NCBI GenBank assembly: GCA_963676835.2
Contig: CAXXFF010000003.1
Location: 512,001 to 576,000, forward strand
DNA: 64,000 bases
Origin: Marispirochaeta sp.
Lineage (GTDB): Bacteria > Spirochaetota > Spirochaetia > JC444 > Marispirochaetaceae
Direction: 5' to 3'
Shown: in pieces, positions 37,911 to 47,799 of the stretch
Position numbering within the stretch: position 1 is the stretch's first letter
How the letters are laid out: every line of letters starts with the position of its first letter
Program-made: the position numbers and the translations under genes
Notes under the pieces: generated by a model
The model's input: only the letters and a program-made list of their open reading frames with translations
Told to the model about the DNA's origin: nothing
Databases searched by the model: none

Positions 37911-39095
37911 TTACTCGATAAACATTTCAAGATTAACCCCTTCCCGGTTCAGTTCCACACCGAAGCCGGGAGTATCCGGAACAACCACTTTGCCGTTATA
38001 TGGCACCGGCTCATTCTTTAAAAGCGGATAATACTGTGGAATAACCCGATCCGCTTTCGGTGCCATCATAATACATTCTGTAAACGGGGAATTGGCCCTG
38101 GTTGTTACATAATGATGACTGTATGGGCCGCTTCCATGGGGAATTATCATTTTTGCATGTGTTTCAGCAAGATTGCCTATTTTTATCAGTTCAGTAAGCC
38201 CTCCGCACCAGCCGATATCCGGCTGCAGAACATCCAGAGAACACTCATCAATAAGTGCCCGAAAACCATAGCGGGTTGCTTCATGCTCCCCGCCGGTTAT
38301 CATAAGGTTCCTGGGAGCCTGTTTTCTCAAATCCCGGTACGACCAGTAATCATCGGGATTGAAGCACTCCTCAAGCCAGTAGAAACCGAGATCTGAAGAA
38401 CTCTGAGCAAGTTTATTTGCATAGGGTAGATCAAGGGACATCCAGCAGTCCCACATAAGCATAAAATCAGAACCGCATTTCTGCCGCATATCGGAAGCTA
38501 TATCGTTATTCTTTTTCAAGCCTGCCAGTCCATCTGCAGGTCCGTAGGGCAGCGCCATTTTCCCGCCGATAAAGCCCATCTCCTTCGCAAGATCCGGTCT
38601 TGGTCCGGTTGCATAGAAATCCAGTTCTTTACGAATTTTACCGCCGATCATGGCATAGACCGGTTCCTGCCTCAGTCGCCCCAACAGATCCCAGAGAGCA
38701 AGATCAATGGCAGAAATGGCATTAAGAACCAACCCTTTGCGCCCGTAGAAAAGGGACCCTTTATACATCTGGTCCCAGATCATTTCTATTGCAGACACAT
38801 CTTTTCCCAAAACAAACTGTTTCAGATGGTTATGAACAATCCAGGCAGCAGGAATTCCTCCGGTGCTTATGCCGAAGCCCACGGTGCCATCATCTGCTTC
38901 AACCTCAACCACCAGTGTTTTGAGCACATTTATACCAAAGCTCAGCCTGGAGGCTTTATATTCCGGATAAATGCTCATCGGGGTGGAAACCTGCCCTACT
39001 ATCCAGTGCTCTTCAGACTGATCATGATAATCAGCACCGCCGTCACCAACTGTATAGACGCGAAGGTCTCGTATTGTTCTGCCGATCAAGCTCAT
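37911..39095 (-). CDS. rhmD: L-rhamnonate dehydratase (enolase superfamily)
   Basis: 'GGADYHDQ...HWI', 'YATGPRPD', 'DCWMSL', 'WLEEC', 'GEHEATRYGF', 'PHGSG'. Confidence 0.92.
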   Translation of the reverse strand: MSLIGRTIRDLRVYTVGDGGADYHDQSEEHWIVGQVSTPMSIYPEYKASRLSFGINVLKTLVVEVEADDGTVGFGISTGGIPAAWIVHNHLKQFVLGKDVSAIEMIWDQMYKGSLFYGRKGLVLNAISAIDLALWDLLGRLRQEPVYAMIGGKIRKELDFYATGPRPDLAKEMGFIGGKMALPYGPADGLAGLKKNNDIASDMRQKCGSDFMLMWDCWMSLDLPYANKLAQSSSDLGFYWLEECFNPDDYWSYRDLRKQAPRNLMITGGEHEATRYGFRALIDECSLDVLQPDIGWCGGLTELIKIGNLAETHAKMIIPHGSGPYSHHYVTTRANSPFTECIMMAPKADRVIPQYYPLLKNEPVPYNGKVVVPDTPGFGVELNREGVNLEMFIE

Positions 39096-39118
39096 ATTTC
39101 CCCCGAATAAATTGAAAA

Positions 39119-40291
39119 TCAGGAATTCACACCAGACTTTTCAACCTCATCTCTGGTTATCTGAAGCCACTTTTTTACTCCGTCTATATCGCCGCCGTAG
39201 ACTGCATCTGCACAAATCCAGGTTTTCCGACTACCGACCGTTTCCAGGATTTCCCGGGTTTTTGCGCGGATCTGTTCTTCTGTAGCGTTGATGACATCAT
39301 CTTCTGGATGCAGTGCAATCTGAAGGGTAACCTCATCCCCTGTCAGATCCCGGGCCTTGGCAAGATCTGTCCAGGAGCTGATATGCAGAATATTAAGCCC
39401 GGTCAAAGTTGTAAGCTTAGGCAGCAGGGGCGTCAAATTTCCGCAGCTGTGATAATACCGGACTCCGCCGTAGAAATTAGCCAGTTTCTGCTCAGAAGGA
39501 TACAATAACTCCTCATAGACCGCTGGGGAAACCAGAGCTCCATCCACTTCATCACTGTACTGATCGGAAACATGTACCCGTCGATAATCATCGTAACAGT
39601 TGGTAAACATATTTTCCGGTTCTTTATAGGATAAATCGAGAAACTCGCTGCGCTGCTTTTCCCATGACATGCGAGCCTCAACGGTAAAATCAAGAAGATC
39701 CGCAACAAAACCGGGTTCATCAATGATATCCATGTACAGCTGGGTAAAGCCTCGCAGAAAGCAGGCCAGCGACCATGGTCCCCGGACCCACCCGGGGAAG
39801 CTCACATCCAGACGGCGGTCAACAATTTTGCAGACCTCGTCATACTGTTCATGAATGAGCGGCATTGGTCCGGTGCTGAAAAAGTCAGGAATCTGCAACT
39901 TTTTCAGGTCGCCGTATTCAATAATATTCGGCTGCACCGCCACAAAAGGGTCTTTCTCTTTCACAAAAACGGAGGGAATACCAAGCATTTCCGACTCGAG
40001 GGTTCCCGCTGCTCCATAGTCATATCCTATGGAAGGGTCCACAACAGTATCATCAGGAAAATTTTCAAACAGATACAGCTTATTCTTAAGGTATCCCCAT
40101 ACCCGCACAGAAGGGTCACGGTAAAATTCAACCATGTCATAGCCGTTTATTCGAGACAAAAAAGAACGGCCGATGCCAACCATTACAGCAACTCGGGGCA
40201 ATTCTTTTTTCAATCTCAGGTTCCGCTCTGAAAGAGCTATCTCTTTTACCTTCTCAATAAGGGGGTCTATTTCTTTAAGATCAATTCTCAT
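39119..40291 (-). CDS. uroporphyrinogen decarboxylase family protein
   Basis: 'RGPWSLACFLRG..QLYMDI', 'VSPAVYEE', 'YYHSCGN'. Confidence 0.82.
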   Translation of the reverse strand: MRIDLKEIDPLIEKVKEIALSERNLRLKKELPRVAVMVGIGRSFLSRINGYDMVEFYRDPSVRVWGYLKNKLYLFENFPDDTVVDPSIGYDYGAAGTLESEMLGIPSVFVKEKDPFVAVQPNIIEYGDLKKLQIPDFFSTGPMPLIHEQYDEVCKIVDRRLDVSFPGWVRGPWSLACFLRGFTQLYMDIIDEPGFVADLLDFTVEARMSWEKQRSEFLDLSYKEPENMFTNCYDDYRRVHVSDQYSDEVDGALVSPAVYEELLYPSEQKLANFYGGVRYYHSCGNLTPLLPKLTTLTGLNILHISSWTDLAKARDLTGDEVTLQIALHPEDDVINATEEQIRAKTREILETVGSRKTWICADAVYGGDIDGVKKWLQITRDEVEKSGVNS

Positions 40292-40315
40292 GCTTTCTTC
40301 CTTAAGATCTACTCA

Positions 40316-41596
40316 TCAGCCGGCCAGCAGATTTGGAATTACCAGGGTAAACCATGGGACATAGGCCACAAGGAGAACAACTACAATAAGTGTTGCAATA
40401 AATGGAACAACAAACTTAAGAACTTCCTTCATCTTCACTTCTGCCATACCGGCGCTGATAAACAGAAGGATGCCCACAGGAGGGGTTACAGCACCGATAA
40501 GAGCAGTGATAACAACAACCATGGCAAAATGAACCGGATCAAAACCAAACTGCAGTGCAATGGGGTGCAGTACCGGTATCAGTATTACAAGAGCAGCTAT
40601 GGTTTCTACAAAACAGCCTACTATCAGCATAAAAATAACCACCAGAAGAACAATGACTGAAGGGCTGTCTGTCAGAGAGACCAGGAAATTTACAGCAATC
40701 TTTGGAAACTGCTCAATTCCCAGTACCCAGCCGAATACCGCCGCCATTCCGACAATCATCATAAGGCTTGCACTGGATTTTGCTGCTTCCGCCAGAATTC
40801 TCCAACAGTCTTTAATACTGACTTCCCGGTAAATAAACAGGCCAATGATCAGAGCAAGAAAAACAGAGACCGCTGCAGCTTCTGTAGCAGTAAATACTCC
40901 GGTAATAATTCCTCCCACGATAATCACCGGCAAAGAGAGGGCGATAATCGCGTCTTTCAGCGACTGAAAAAGTTCACGCACTGAGAATTTCTTTTCTGTT
41001 ACAGTTTCCGGATGTTTTCGAGCATAAAAATAGGAGATAACCAGCAGAGATGCAGCCATCAGAAGCCCCGGAACAATTCCCGCAAGAAACAGTGTGGCAA
41101 TGGATAATCCGGTGATACTGGAATAGATAATCATCAGCAGGCTTGGCGGAATAACAGGGCCGATTGTACCAGCAGAGGCTATAAGACAGGCAACAAAGCC
41201 TTTTTTATAGTTTTCCCGGATCATCGACGGAATCAGAATAGAACCGATTGCGCTGGTATCTGCACTTGCTGAGCCTGAAATACCGGCGAAGATAACGCTT
41301 GAAACAACCGACACATAGGCCAGACCGCCCTTGAAGGCTCCAACCAGGCTGTTGGCAAACTTCACCAGCCGAACAGACACTCCACCCTCTTCCATAAGCT
41401 TTCCGGCAAGAATAAACAGAGGGATGGCCATAAGGGTAAATGAATCAACACCGCCGAAGAGTTTCGCCGGGATAATCAGCATAATATCCTTTCCACTGGT
41501 AAGAATGGCGAGCAGTGCCGAGAACCCCATGGAAAAGCCGATGGGCATCCCGAATACCAGAAAGACAAGGAAGGTAATGAACATAACCGCAAGCAT
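40316..41596 (-). CDS. dctM: TRAP transporter large permease
   Basis: 'AIPLFILAG', 'SGSASAD', 'IPPS', 'FTATEA', 'TPPVG'. Confidence 0.95.
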   Translation of the reverse strand: MLAVMFITFLVFLVFGMPIGFSMGFSALLAILTSGKDIMLIIPAKLFGGVDSFTLMAIPLFILAGKLMEEGGVSVRLVKFANSLVGAFKGGLAYVSVVSSVIFAGISGSASADTSAIGSILIPSMIRENYKKGFVACLIASAGTIGPVIPPSLLMIIYSSITGLSIATLFLAGIVPGLLMAASLLVISYFYARKHPETVTEKKFSVRELFQSLKDAIIALSLPVIIVGGIITGVFTATEAAAVSVFLALIIGLFIYREVSIKDCWRILAEAAKSSASLMMIVGMAAVFGWVLGIEQFPKIAVNFLVSLTDSPSVIVLLVVIFMLIVGCFVETIAALVILIPVLHPIALQFGFDPVHFAMVVVITALIGAVTPPVGILLFISAGMAEVKMKEVLKFVVPFIATLIVVVLLVAYVPWFTLVIPNLLAG

Positions 41597-42063
41597 TATT
41601 CACTCTCCTTTACGGTAATGCGGAGATAAATATTCCGAATCAGGTAGAAAATCATTAAGGCAGAGCCGACAGGTATGGCGGCATTCACCAGCCCGATGGG
41701 TATTTCCAGCGCTGTACTCAATTGCGCCATATTTTCATATGAAAAGAGATAGCCATAGAAAACAAGGAAGCTTAAGAACACTATCAGCAGTAGATCAACA
41801 GCATGATGAACTGCATTTCTCAGTTTCGGTTTAAAGGAATCAACGATTATATCAAGCCCCACATGCATCTTGTCTTTGAACGCAGCAGCTGAGGCCAGAA
41901 AAAACAGCCAGATAAATAGATACCGTAATGCTTCCTCAGCCCAGGAGAGGGATGAATTAAACACATATCGTGATATGACCTGAATGAATGCTATGGATGA
42001 AGCAGCAAGAAAACAGAAGGCTGTCACGTGGTAGATCAGCTTATCCAGTAATTTGAAAAACAT
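41596..42063 (-). CDS. dctQ: TRAP transporter small permease
   Basis: 'QVISRYVFN..LSWAEE..RYLFIW'; AGGAGG RBS. Confidence 0.92.
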   Translation of the reverse strand: MFFKLLDKLIYHVTAFCFLAASSIAFIQVISRYVFNSSLSWAEEALRYLFIWLFFLASAAAFKDKMHVGLDIIVDSFKPKLRNAVHHAVDLLLIVFLSFLVFYGYLFSYENMAQLSTALEIPIGLVNAAIPVGSALMIFYLIRNIYLRITVKESE

Positions 42064-42082
42064 GTATGCCTCCTTAAAAGCA

Positions 42083-42104
42083 GCGGGGAGCATGAACTCC
42101 CCGC
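42083..42104 (-). terminator. stem-loop between dctP and dctQ
   Basis: GCGGGGAG-N6-CTCCCCGC. Confidence 0.5.
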
Positions 42105-42135
42105 ATAAAACCATGTTAACGCGAGAACCAAGCGA

Positions 42136-43158
42136 TCAGAGCTTACCCATTTTTCGAAGCATTTCTGCAACTGCAGGCTTGTCTTTGGCAGTAGACTCGT
42201 ATACAGGTTTTGCAGCATTCAGGAATTCTTCATGATTGGCATTGATAATGGTCATATTTTCTTCGTTGACCAGTTTCTGCATGAACTCATCATTAGCTTT
42301 TCCAAAAGCTGAGCGCTGCCAGTCCCGGGCTTCAATCGCTGCATCTTTAAGGGCTTTCTGCAGATCCGGAGAGAGTTTGCTCAGGGTCTTGGCATTAATA
42401 ACCCAGGAAATATCGGTGTTGATATGATTGGTGTAGAGACAGTAATCGGCAACTTCAAAAATCTTGTAGGTATAGGCGGTTTCAAAGGAACCTTCCATTG
42501 CATCAACAACACCACTGTGCAGAGCGGAATACATTTCCGGCGCAGCTACAGGAGTGGGATTGGCACCAAGAGCCTTGAACGTATTTACATATACTGCAGA
42601 TTCGGGGGTACGAATTTTCACACCTTTGAGGCTGGCAACACTGGGGGTGGGCTCGTTTTTGATGAATACACTTCTCATTCCACCATCAACCCATGCCAAG
42701 ATTTCCATACCTGCCTTCTCTTTCAGCAGACCGGCAAACTCCTTACCCATTGCGCCGTCTACAGTTGCATGATAATCATCAAGATCCTTGAACATAAAGG
42801 GCAGTGAAAAAACACCGAATTCAGGTACATAAGCTTCATAACGACCGGCTTCACCAAGGGCCATTTCAATAGTCCCCAACTTTACAGCCTCTACCAGCTC
42901 TCGCTGTCCGCCCAGCTGTCCACTATGGACAACAGAAATCTCGATCATGCCGTTTGATTTTTCACTTGCCAGCTGGGCAAACTTTTCCATTGCCTCATGC
43001 TGTACCGTAGTAGGCGGCAAGTGATGAGCCAGTGTCATTTTGACAACTTCAGCACTTCCCTTTTCAGCCTCTCCCTGTCCACCGGCAAAGATCGCCGGAG
43101 CAAAGGCCACCATAATGACCATGGCGAAAACTAATCCGATTCTCCCTGACTTCTTCAT
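42136..43158 (-). CDS. dctP: TRAP transporter substrate-binding protein
   Basis: 'SGQLGG', 'LKGVKIRTP', 'EMYSALHSGVVD'; signal peptide. Confidence 0.93.
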   Translation of the reverse strand: MKKSGRIGLVFAMVIMVAFAPAIFAGGQGEAEKGSAEVVKMTLAHHLPPTTVQHEAMEKFAQLASEKSNGMIEISVVHSGQLGGQRELVEAVKLGTIEMALGEAGRYEAYVPEFGVFSLPFMFKDLDDYHATVDGAMGKEFAGLLKEKAGMEILAWVDGGMRSVFIKNEPTPSVASLKGVKIRTPESAVYVNTFKALGANPTPVAAPEMYSALHSGVVDAMEGSFETAYTYKIFEVADYCLYTNHINTDISWVINAKTLSKLSPDLQKALKDAAIEARDWQRSAFGKANDEFMQKLVNEENMTIINANHEEFLNAAKPVYESTAKDKPAVAEMLRKMGKL

Positions 43159-43175
43159 GAAATCCTCCTTAATAA

Positions 43176-43883
43176 TCAAACATCGTCGTACAACGATGAG
43201 TATTCCGTATCCAGATATTCGATAAGAACATCAAAATGGTCGGCCATAATATTTCGGGCCGTCCTGGCCTTTCGCTGTTCAATGGCATCTATTATCCTGC
43301 TGTGCCGCTCATAGGACACATTAATATCTGTCAAGCTGACCGCTTCTTCCATGTACTGCAGAATTACATCTTTAAGCTGGGTAATAACCCGCAGAAACAT
43401 CCCGTTACCAGATGACCGGGCCAGCTGAAGATGCAGAGCGTAGTCTGCTGTAATAAAATCCGCAGGGGTGCTCCCTGCATTGCGGAGAAGTGCCACGCAT
43501 TTTCTGAGTTCGCTGATATCAACCGATGAAGCCCGCCTGCACGCCAGAACCACACTCTCAATCTCTATAACCCGGCGGAATTCAAGCACATCCAGCAGGT
43601 CCTTTTTTGAAAACAGAATGGATGGAATACTGGCAGCCAGAAGATTCCCGGTAAGCGATTCCGTAACGTAGGTTCCAATTCCCTGCCGTTTATTGAGGAT
43701 GCCGTATGCACACAGTTCCTGAATTGCACTTCTTACGGTGTTACGGCTTACATTAAAAGCCCTGCTCAGTTCCGGTTCCGAAGGAATCAGCGACCCCGCC
43801 GGCCACTCACCGGAAAGAATGTTCTCCTTTAACTGGGCGGTTATCTCCTTAACCAGATTCTTTCTTTCAAAACTCTTAATCAC
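43176..43883 (-). CDS. FadR/GntR family transcriptional regulator
   Basis: 'PSEPELSRAFNVSRNTVRSA...QGIGTYV', FCD domain. Confidence 0.93.
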   Translation of the reverse strand: MIKSFERKNLVKEITAQLKENILSGEWPAGSLIPSEPELSRAFNVSRNTVRSAIQELCAYGILNKRQGIGTYVTESLTGNLLAASIPSILFSKKDLLDVLEFRRVIEIESVVLACRRASSVDISELRKCVALLRNAGSTPADFITADYALHLQLARSSGNGMFLRVITQLKDVILQYMEEAVSLTDINVSYERHSRIIDAIEQRKARTARNIMADHFDVLIEYLDTEYSSLYDDV

Positions 43884-44030
43884 CGAAACTCTCCCTGGAA
43901 GAACCCTGTTGGTCGTTCTACAAGTTCAAATTAAAAAACCACCCAAAATCACTATTTAATACAAGATTAAATCCGGTATTTTGCAAAATCGTCCTTGTTT
44001 TTTACAATTTTGTCCGGTATTCTCATATTA

Positions 44031-44945
44031 ATGGAAGAAAATCTGCCCTTAAAACTTTTTTTCGGCCTTTACTGCAATACCTGCGAGGGAAGGCCGAGTA
44101 ACAGATTTTCACGACATAACGAGATAGAGATGCTCTTTTTCCAGACAGATGAACCGGTGGTTATTCGATATGGAGGACGTACCTTTCAAATTCAGCCGGA
44201 CGCGACAGTACTTTTCTGGGGTGCAATTCCTCATCAACTGGTCCACATAGCAGACAATTCCAGGCTGTGCTGGGTAACAATTCCGCCTGCCATTCTCATA
44301 CGCTGGGGGCTTCCCAACAAACTTGAAGAACTTCTCCTGAACGGTAAAATGCTTATAGAAAATGATCCCCGAATGAGAGAACTCGATCTGCTTCAGCTGC
44401 CTGTCTGGAAGAGTGAATCAAAATCACAAACCCCTGACAACAGACGCAATCTGCTTTTTTCTATAGAAACCCGTCTTCGACGATTTAAAAATTTCACACT
44501 GCCTCCCGAATCGAAATCAGGGTCCCAATACTCATTAGATATTCATTCCGGAAGACAGACTTTTGACATTATGTATACCTACATAACCAGAAACTTCAGT
44601 TCTCGAATAACTGCTGTGGATATAGCTGCTGCCGCCGATATCCATCCCAATTATGCCGCAACACTTTTTCATCATACCTGCGGAATAGGTATTACAGAGT
44701 TTATTCAGATGCTGAGAGTATATGAAGCTCAGAGAATCCTTTTAACTACAAACTACTGCATAACCAGTGTTGCAGAGAAAGCCGGCTTCGGGTCGAAAAC
44801 CATGTTCTATGACTGTTTTTCCCGGATATGCGGTATAAGCCCGAAAAGATACAGACAAGATCCGGAGATGGCATCGATGTCAGATCTCCCGAAAAACCGC
44901 CGAAATGGACTGGAACTCAGAAAGGTAATGTATGATTCACCCTGA
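44031..44945 (+). CDS. AraC family transcriptional regulator (MelR-like)
   Basis: 'RHNEIE...FWGAIPHQL'; 'IAAAADIHPNYA...MLRVYEAQR...AGFGS'. Confidence 0.9.
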   Translation: MEENLPLKLFFGLYCNTCEGRPSNRFSRHNEIEMLFFQTDEPVVIRYGGRTFQIQPDATVLFWGAIPHQLVHIADNSRLCWVTIPPAILIRWGLPNKLEELLLNGKMLIENDPRMRELDLLQLPVWKSESKSQTPDNRRNLLFSIETRLRRFKNFTLPPESKSGSQYSLDIHSGRQTFDIMYTYITRNFSSRITAVDIAAAADIHPNYAATLFHHTCGIGITEFIQMLRVYEAQRILLTTNYCITSVAEKAGFGSKTMFYDCFSRICGISPKRYRQDPEMASMSDLPKNRRNGLELRKVMYDSP

Positions 44946-45642
44946 TTCCGATTATTATCAGAAACAGTTTGAGTGCGGAATTATTGAATCCCCGCAGGCA
45001 GGGGCCTTTAAAATCCACGAAGGTATAGAGTTTACTTTCTTCGACAGCACAGAACCTGTCATCCTTGAATCCGCAGGGGTAACTACCTTGGTCCCTCCAG
45101 GCCTTGCGGTCATGTTCTGGGCAGCTATACCCAACAGAATATTTTCGATGCCGGAAAATCCAGTACAGTACTGGTTTACCATTCCTATTGATCAGTTCCT
45201 GAAGCTGGATGTCTCACAGAATATCCTGCACGATCTGTTAAGCGGAAAAATCCTGATGGAAAACAATCAGTCCATGCAGACAATAGATGTAAAAATGTTT
45301 CCTGTCTGGATGGAAGAGTTGAACAGCAAATCACCGGTAGATCAGCTAACAGTAGAAAAATCCATTATTACACGGGTATATCGGTTTCTTTCTCATATGC
45401 AGGTATCATCAACGGCTGCAAAAACACAATCCCATCATTCCATCGCACAATTTATTATGGTCAGTGATGCGATCCGGCTGCTGTTAACATCGGATCTCAG
45501 GATAATTGATATCGCCCTTGAAGCCGGTTTTGAGTCGTTAAGCAGCTTCTATCAGATATTTAAAAATGTATGTGGCCGTAAACCCGGAGAATACAGACGG
45601 CTGGCAAAACCTGCAGATATGAAGCGGGATAAAGGCATATGA
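44932..45642 (+). CDS. AraC-like protein lacking the first HTH
   Basis: Cupin 'HEGIE...FWAAIP' and second HTH 'IIDIALEAGF...FYQIFK' present; the segment with the first HTH is absent. Confidence 0.75.
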   Translation: MIHPDSDYYQKQFECGIIESPQAGAFKIHEGIEFTFFDSTEPVILESAGVTTLVPPGLAVMFWAAIPNRIFSMPENPVQYWFTIPIDQFLKLDVSQNILHDLLSGKILMENNQSMQTIDVKMFPVWMEELNSKSPVDQLTVEKSIITRVYRFLSHMQVSSTAAKTQSHHSIAQFIMVSDAIRLLLTSDLRIIDIALEAGFESLSSFYQIFKNVCGRKPGEYRRLAKPADMKRDKGI

Positions 45643-45674
45643 AGGGGAAACACAGTCTACTGTAAAAAGACCAA

Positions 45675-46133
45675 CTAATCCAAATACAAAGTCACCGTCA
45701 CATCCCCCGGCCCCAGCATCCTCTTTAACCCTTCTCCGGTAACACCTTCAATCCTCCCGATTCTGGTAAAATTCCAGGAATTGGTATCGTAATAGATCAC
45801 AAAAGCCCTGCCGTTATACAAAATAAGATCCCCCGCTTCGGTACGTATCTGTTCATCGTTTCTTGGAAGGCTGTGATCAAAATTTCCGACCTTCTCCATG
45901 TTGCCGTAATCTTCCATTTCTATAGTGACAGGTCCGGTGGAAAGCATTTTCCTGAGTTCCACAGTTGTTGAGTTATCCACCAGAACAGCAATAAAAACAT
46001 GCCCGTTGGCTTCAATCTTCATTCGGGTCACCTTGTCATAGTCCTCTCTTTTGTTATCTGCGCTTATGGTAAAGCACATTCCTGCAGTGAGAATAAACAA
46101 TACTGCAAGGCGTAAACCTTTATCAAATTTCAT
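45675..46133 (-). CDS. cyclophilin-like fold protein, exported
   Basis: 'DYGNMEKVG', 'AGDLILY...VIYY', signal peptide. Confidence 0.85.
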   Translation of the reverse strand: MKFDKGLRLAVLFILTAGMCFTISADNKREDYDKVTRMKIEANGHVFIAVLVDNSTTVELRKMLSTGPVTIEMEDYGNMEKVGNFDHSLPRNDEQIRTEAGDLILYNGRAFVIYYDTNSWNFTRIGRIEGVTGEGLKRMLGPGDVTVTLYLD

Positions 46134-46170
46134 CCTTACTCTCCATCATCCGCACCTGGTGCTGTACGTT

Positions 46171-46202
46171 AAAAACAAAACCCCGGACGAATACGTCCGG
46201 GG
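46171..46202 (-). terminator. Rho-independent terminator
   Basis: CCCCGGACG-N4-CGTCCGGGG followed by TTTTGTTTTT on the minus strand. Confidence 0.75.
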
Positions 46203-46229
46203 ATATCAGTAATTGATAAGAAAAGTATG

Positions 46230-47099
46230 TTACTTCAGCTTTCCACCGTATACGGGAAACATACTGGCATCACCGTAATCTTTGATTTTATCCATACCTT
46301 TGAGAGTTTCCATATCTTCCGCAGAGATGGAAAAATCAACTGCAGCATTGTTTTTCATATGAGCCGGATTGGCGGTCTTGGGCAGGGGCAGCAGACCAAG
46401 TTCCAGGCAGTAACGAATGCTGAGCTGGGGAATAGATACATCGTATTTTTCCGCAATCTTAGCTACAGCCTCGTTTTTCATAAGCTCACCATGTGCAACA
46501 GGCGAGTATGCTTCTACCAGAATACCCTTTTCTTCGCAGTAGGAAATCAAATCTGCGGGAGTGTTGCTTATATGAGCAAGAATCTGGTTCACCATGGGTT
46601 TTACCGTACAGGACTCCAGGATGTTATCAAGGTCCTCCTTAAGGAAGTTGGAAACACCAATCGCCCGGATTTTACCGGCTTTGTAAGCCTCTTCCAGAGC
46701 CCTCCAGGCAGCTTTATTGCCTTCGAAGCAGCGGTCCTCGTCGTCACCATACTCCATCCAGGGCTGGGGACTGTGGATAATCATCATATCGACATATTCG
46801 AGACCCATTAACTCAAGGGAACCATTGATGGATGCAACTGCTTCGTTATAAGTTTTTGCTTCCGCTGCCAGTTTAGTGGTTATAAAAAGCTCCTCACGCT
46901 TTATTCCACAGGCTCTTACACCTTCTCCAACTCCCCGTTCATTCTGATAGGCCTGGGCGGTATCAATATGCCGGTAACCAAGGGCTACAGCGTCTTTTAC
47001 CGCCTGAACCACATCTTCATCGCTGATAAACCAGGTTCCGAGTCCAAGTTTGGGAATCTTTACATCATTAGACAGGGTAAATGTTTCGTTTAAAGTCAT
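46230..47099 (-). CDS. aldo/keto reductase (2,5-DKG reductase-like)
   Basis: 'GLGTW', 'GYRHIDTAQAY.NE', 'IGVSNF', 'AYSP', 'LPK'. Confidence 0.93.
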   Translation of the reverse strand: MTLNETFTLSNDVKIPKLGLGTWFISDEDVVQAVKDAVALGYRHIDTAQAYQNERGVGEGVRACGIKREELFITTKLAAEAKTYNEAVASINGSLELMGLEYVDMMIIHSPQPWMEYGDDEDRCFEGNKAAWRALEEAYKAGKIRAIGVSNFLKEDLDNILESCTVKPMVNQILAHISNTPADLISYCEEKGILVEAYSPVAHGELMKNEAVAKIAEKYDVSIPQLSIRYCLELGLLPLPKTANPAHMKNNAAVDFSISAEDMETLKGMDKIKDYGDASMFPVYGGKLK

Positions 47100-47138
47100 A
47101 ACAGCATCTCCTTCTTGTTGCTTGTTAGTCTGTTTTAT

Positions 47139-47765
47139 TCAGTAAGCCAGCCTCGTCAGCCAGCTCAATACATCTTTTTTTGATTCCAGCAACCGGTAAT
47201 CTGGAACAACACAGGGCTCCAGAAAATCTGCATCCGGCTCAAGTTTTTCCAGTGTTTTAATTGAATACCCCAAGCCACCTCCCATATGGGTAGCAAAGGG
47301 AATTACAGTCTTTCCGGCAAGGTTGTATCGCTCCAGGAATGAATACAGCACCATGGGGATATCCCTCCACCAGACGGGGTAGCCAAGAAAAACAATTTCG
47401 TAGCGGTCCATTTCTGACACAGACCCTATAAAATCCGGCCTGGCGTTCTGTCTCTGCTCACGGCCGCCCTCTTCCACAGCCTCATTGAAGCCCTTTGCGT
47501 ATTTGCCGGCCGTCCGGATCTCAAAGAGGTCTCCCCCGGTTTCCATCTGGATCCATTCAGCAACGATTTCCGCATCACCCTTATATTTTCCCTCATGCAG
47601 CTGGACACTCGCATGGGTTGAGGTATCTACATCCCCGGAAAGATCTTTGTTCTGTGCCCAGGTAAAATAGGCGATCAGTATTCTGTTGTTTGTCCCATTC
47701 TCCTGAGGGAAAATCCCCGGGAGCAGAAAGATGAGAATAAGGACTGCAGGCAGCATTCTTTTCAT
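47139..47765 (-). CDS. flavodoxin-family protein with signal peptide
   Basis: 'ILIAYFTW', 'GGDLFEI', 'FLGYPVWW', 'IPFATHMGGG'. Confidence 0.88.
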   Translation of the reverse strand: MKRMLPAVLILIFLLPGIFPQENGTNNRILIAYFTWAQNKDLSGDVDTSTHASVQLHEGKYKGDAEIVAEWIQMETGGDLFEIRTAGKYAKGFNEAVEEGGREQRQNARPDFIGSVSEMDRYEIVFLGYPVWWRDIPMVLYSFLERYNLAGKTVIPFATHMGGGLGYSIKTLEKLEPDADFLEPCVVPDYRLLESKKDVLSWLTRLAY

Positions 47766-47799
47766 ATGGTTCTCCCGGAGCAGGTATTATCAGATGCCC

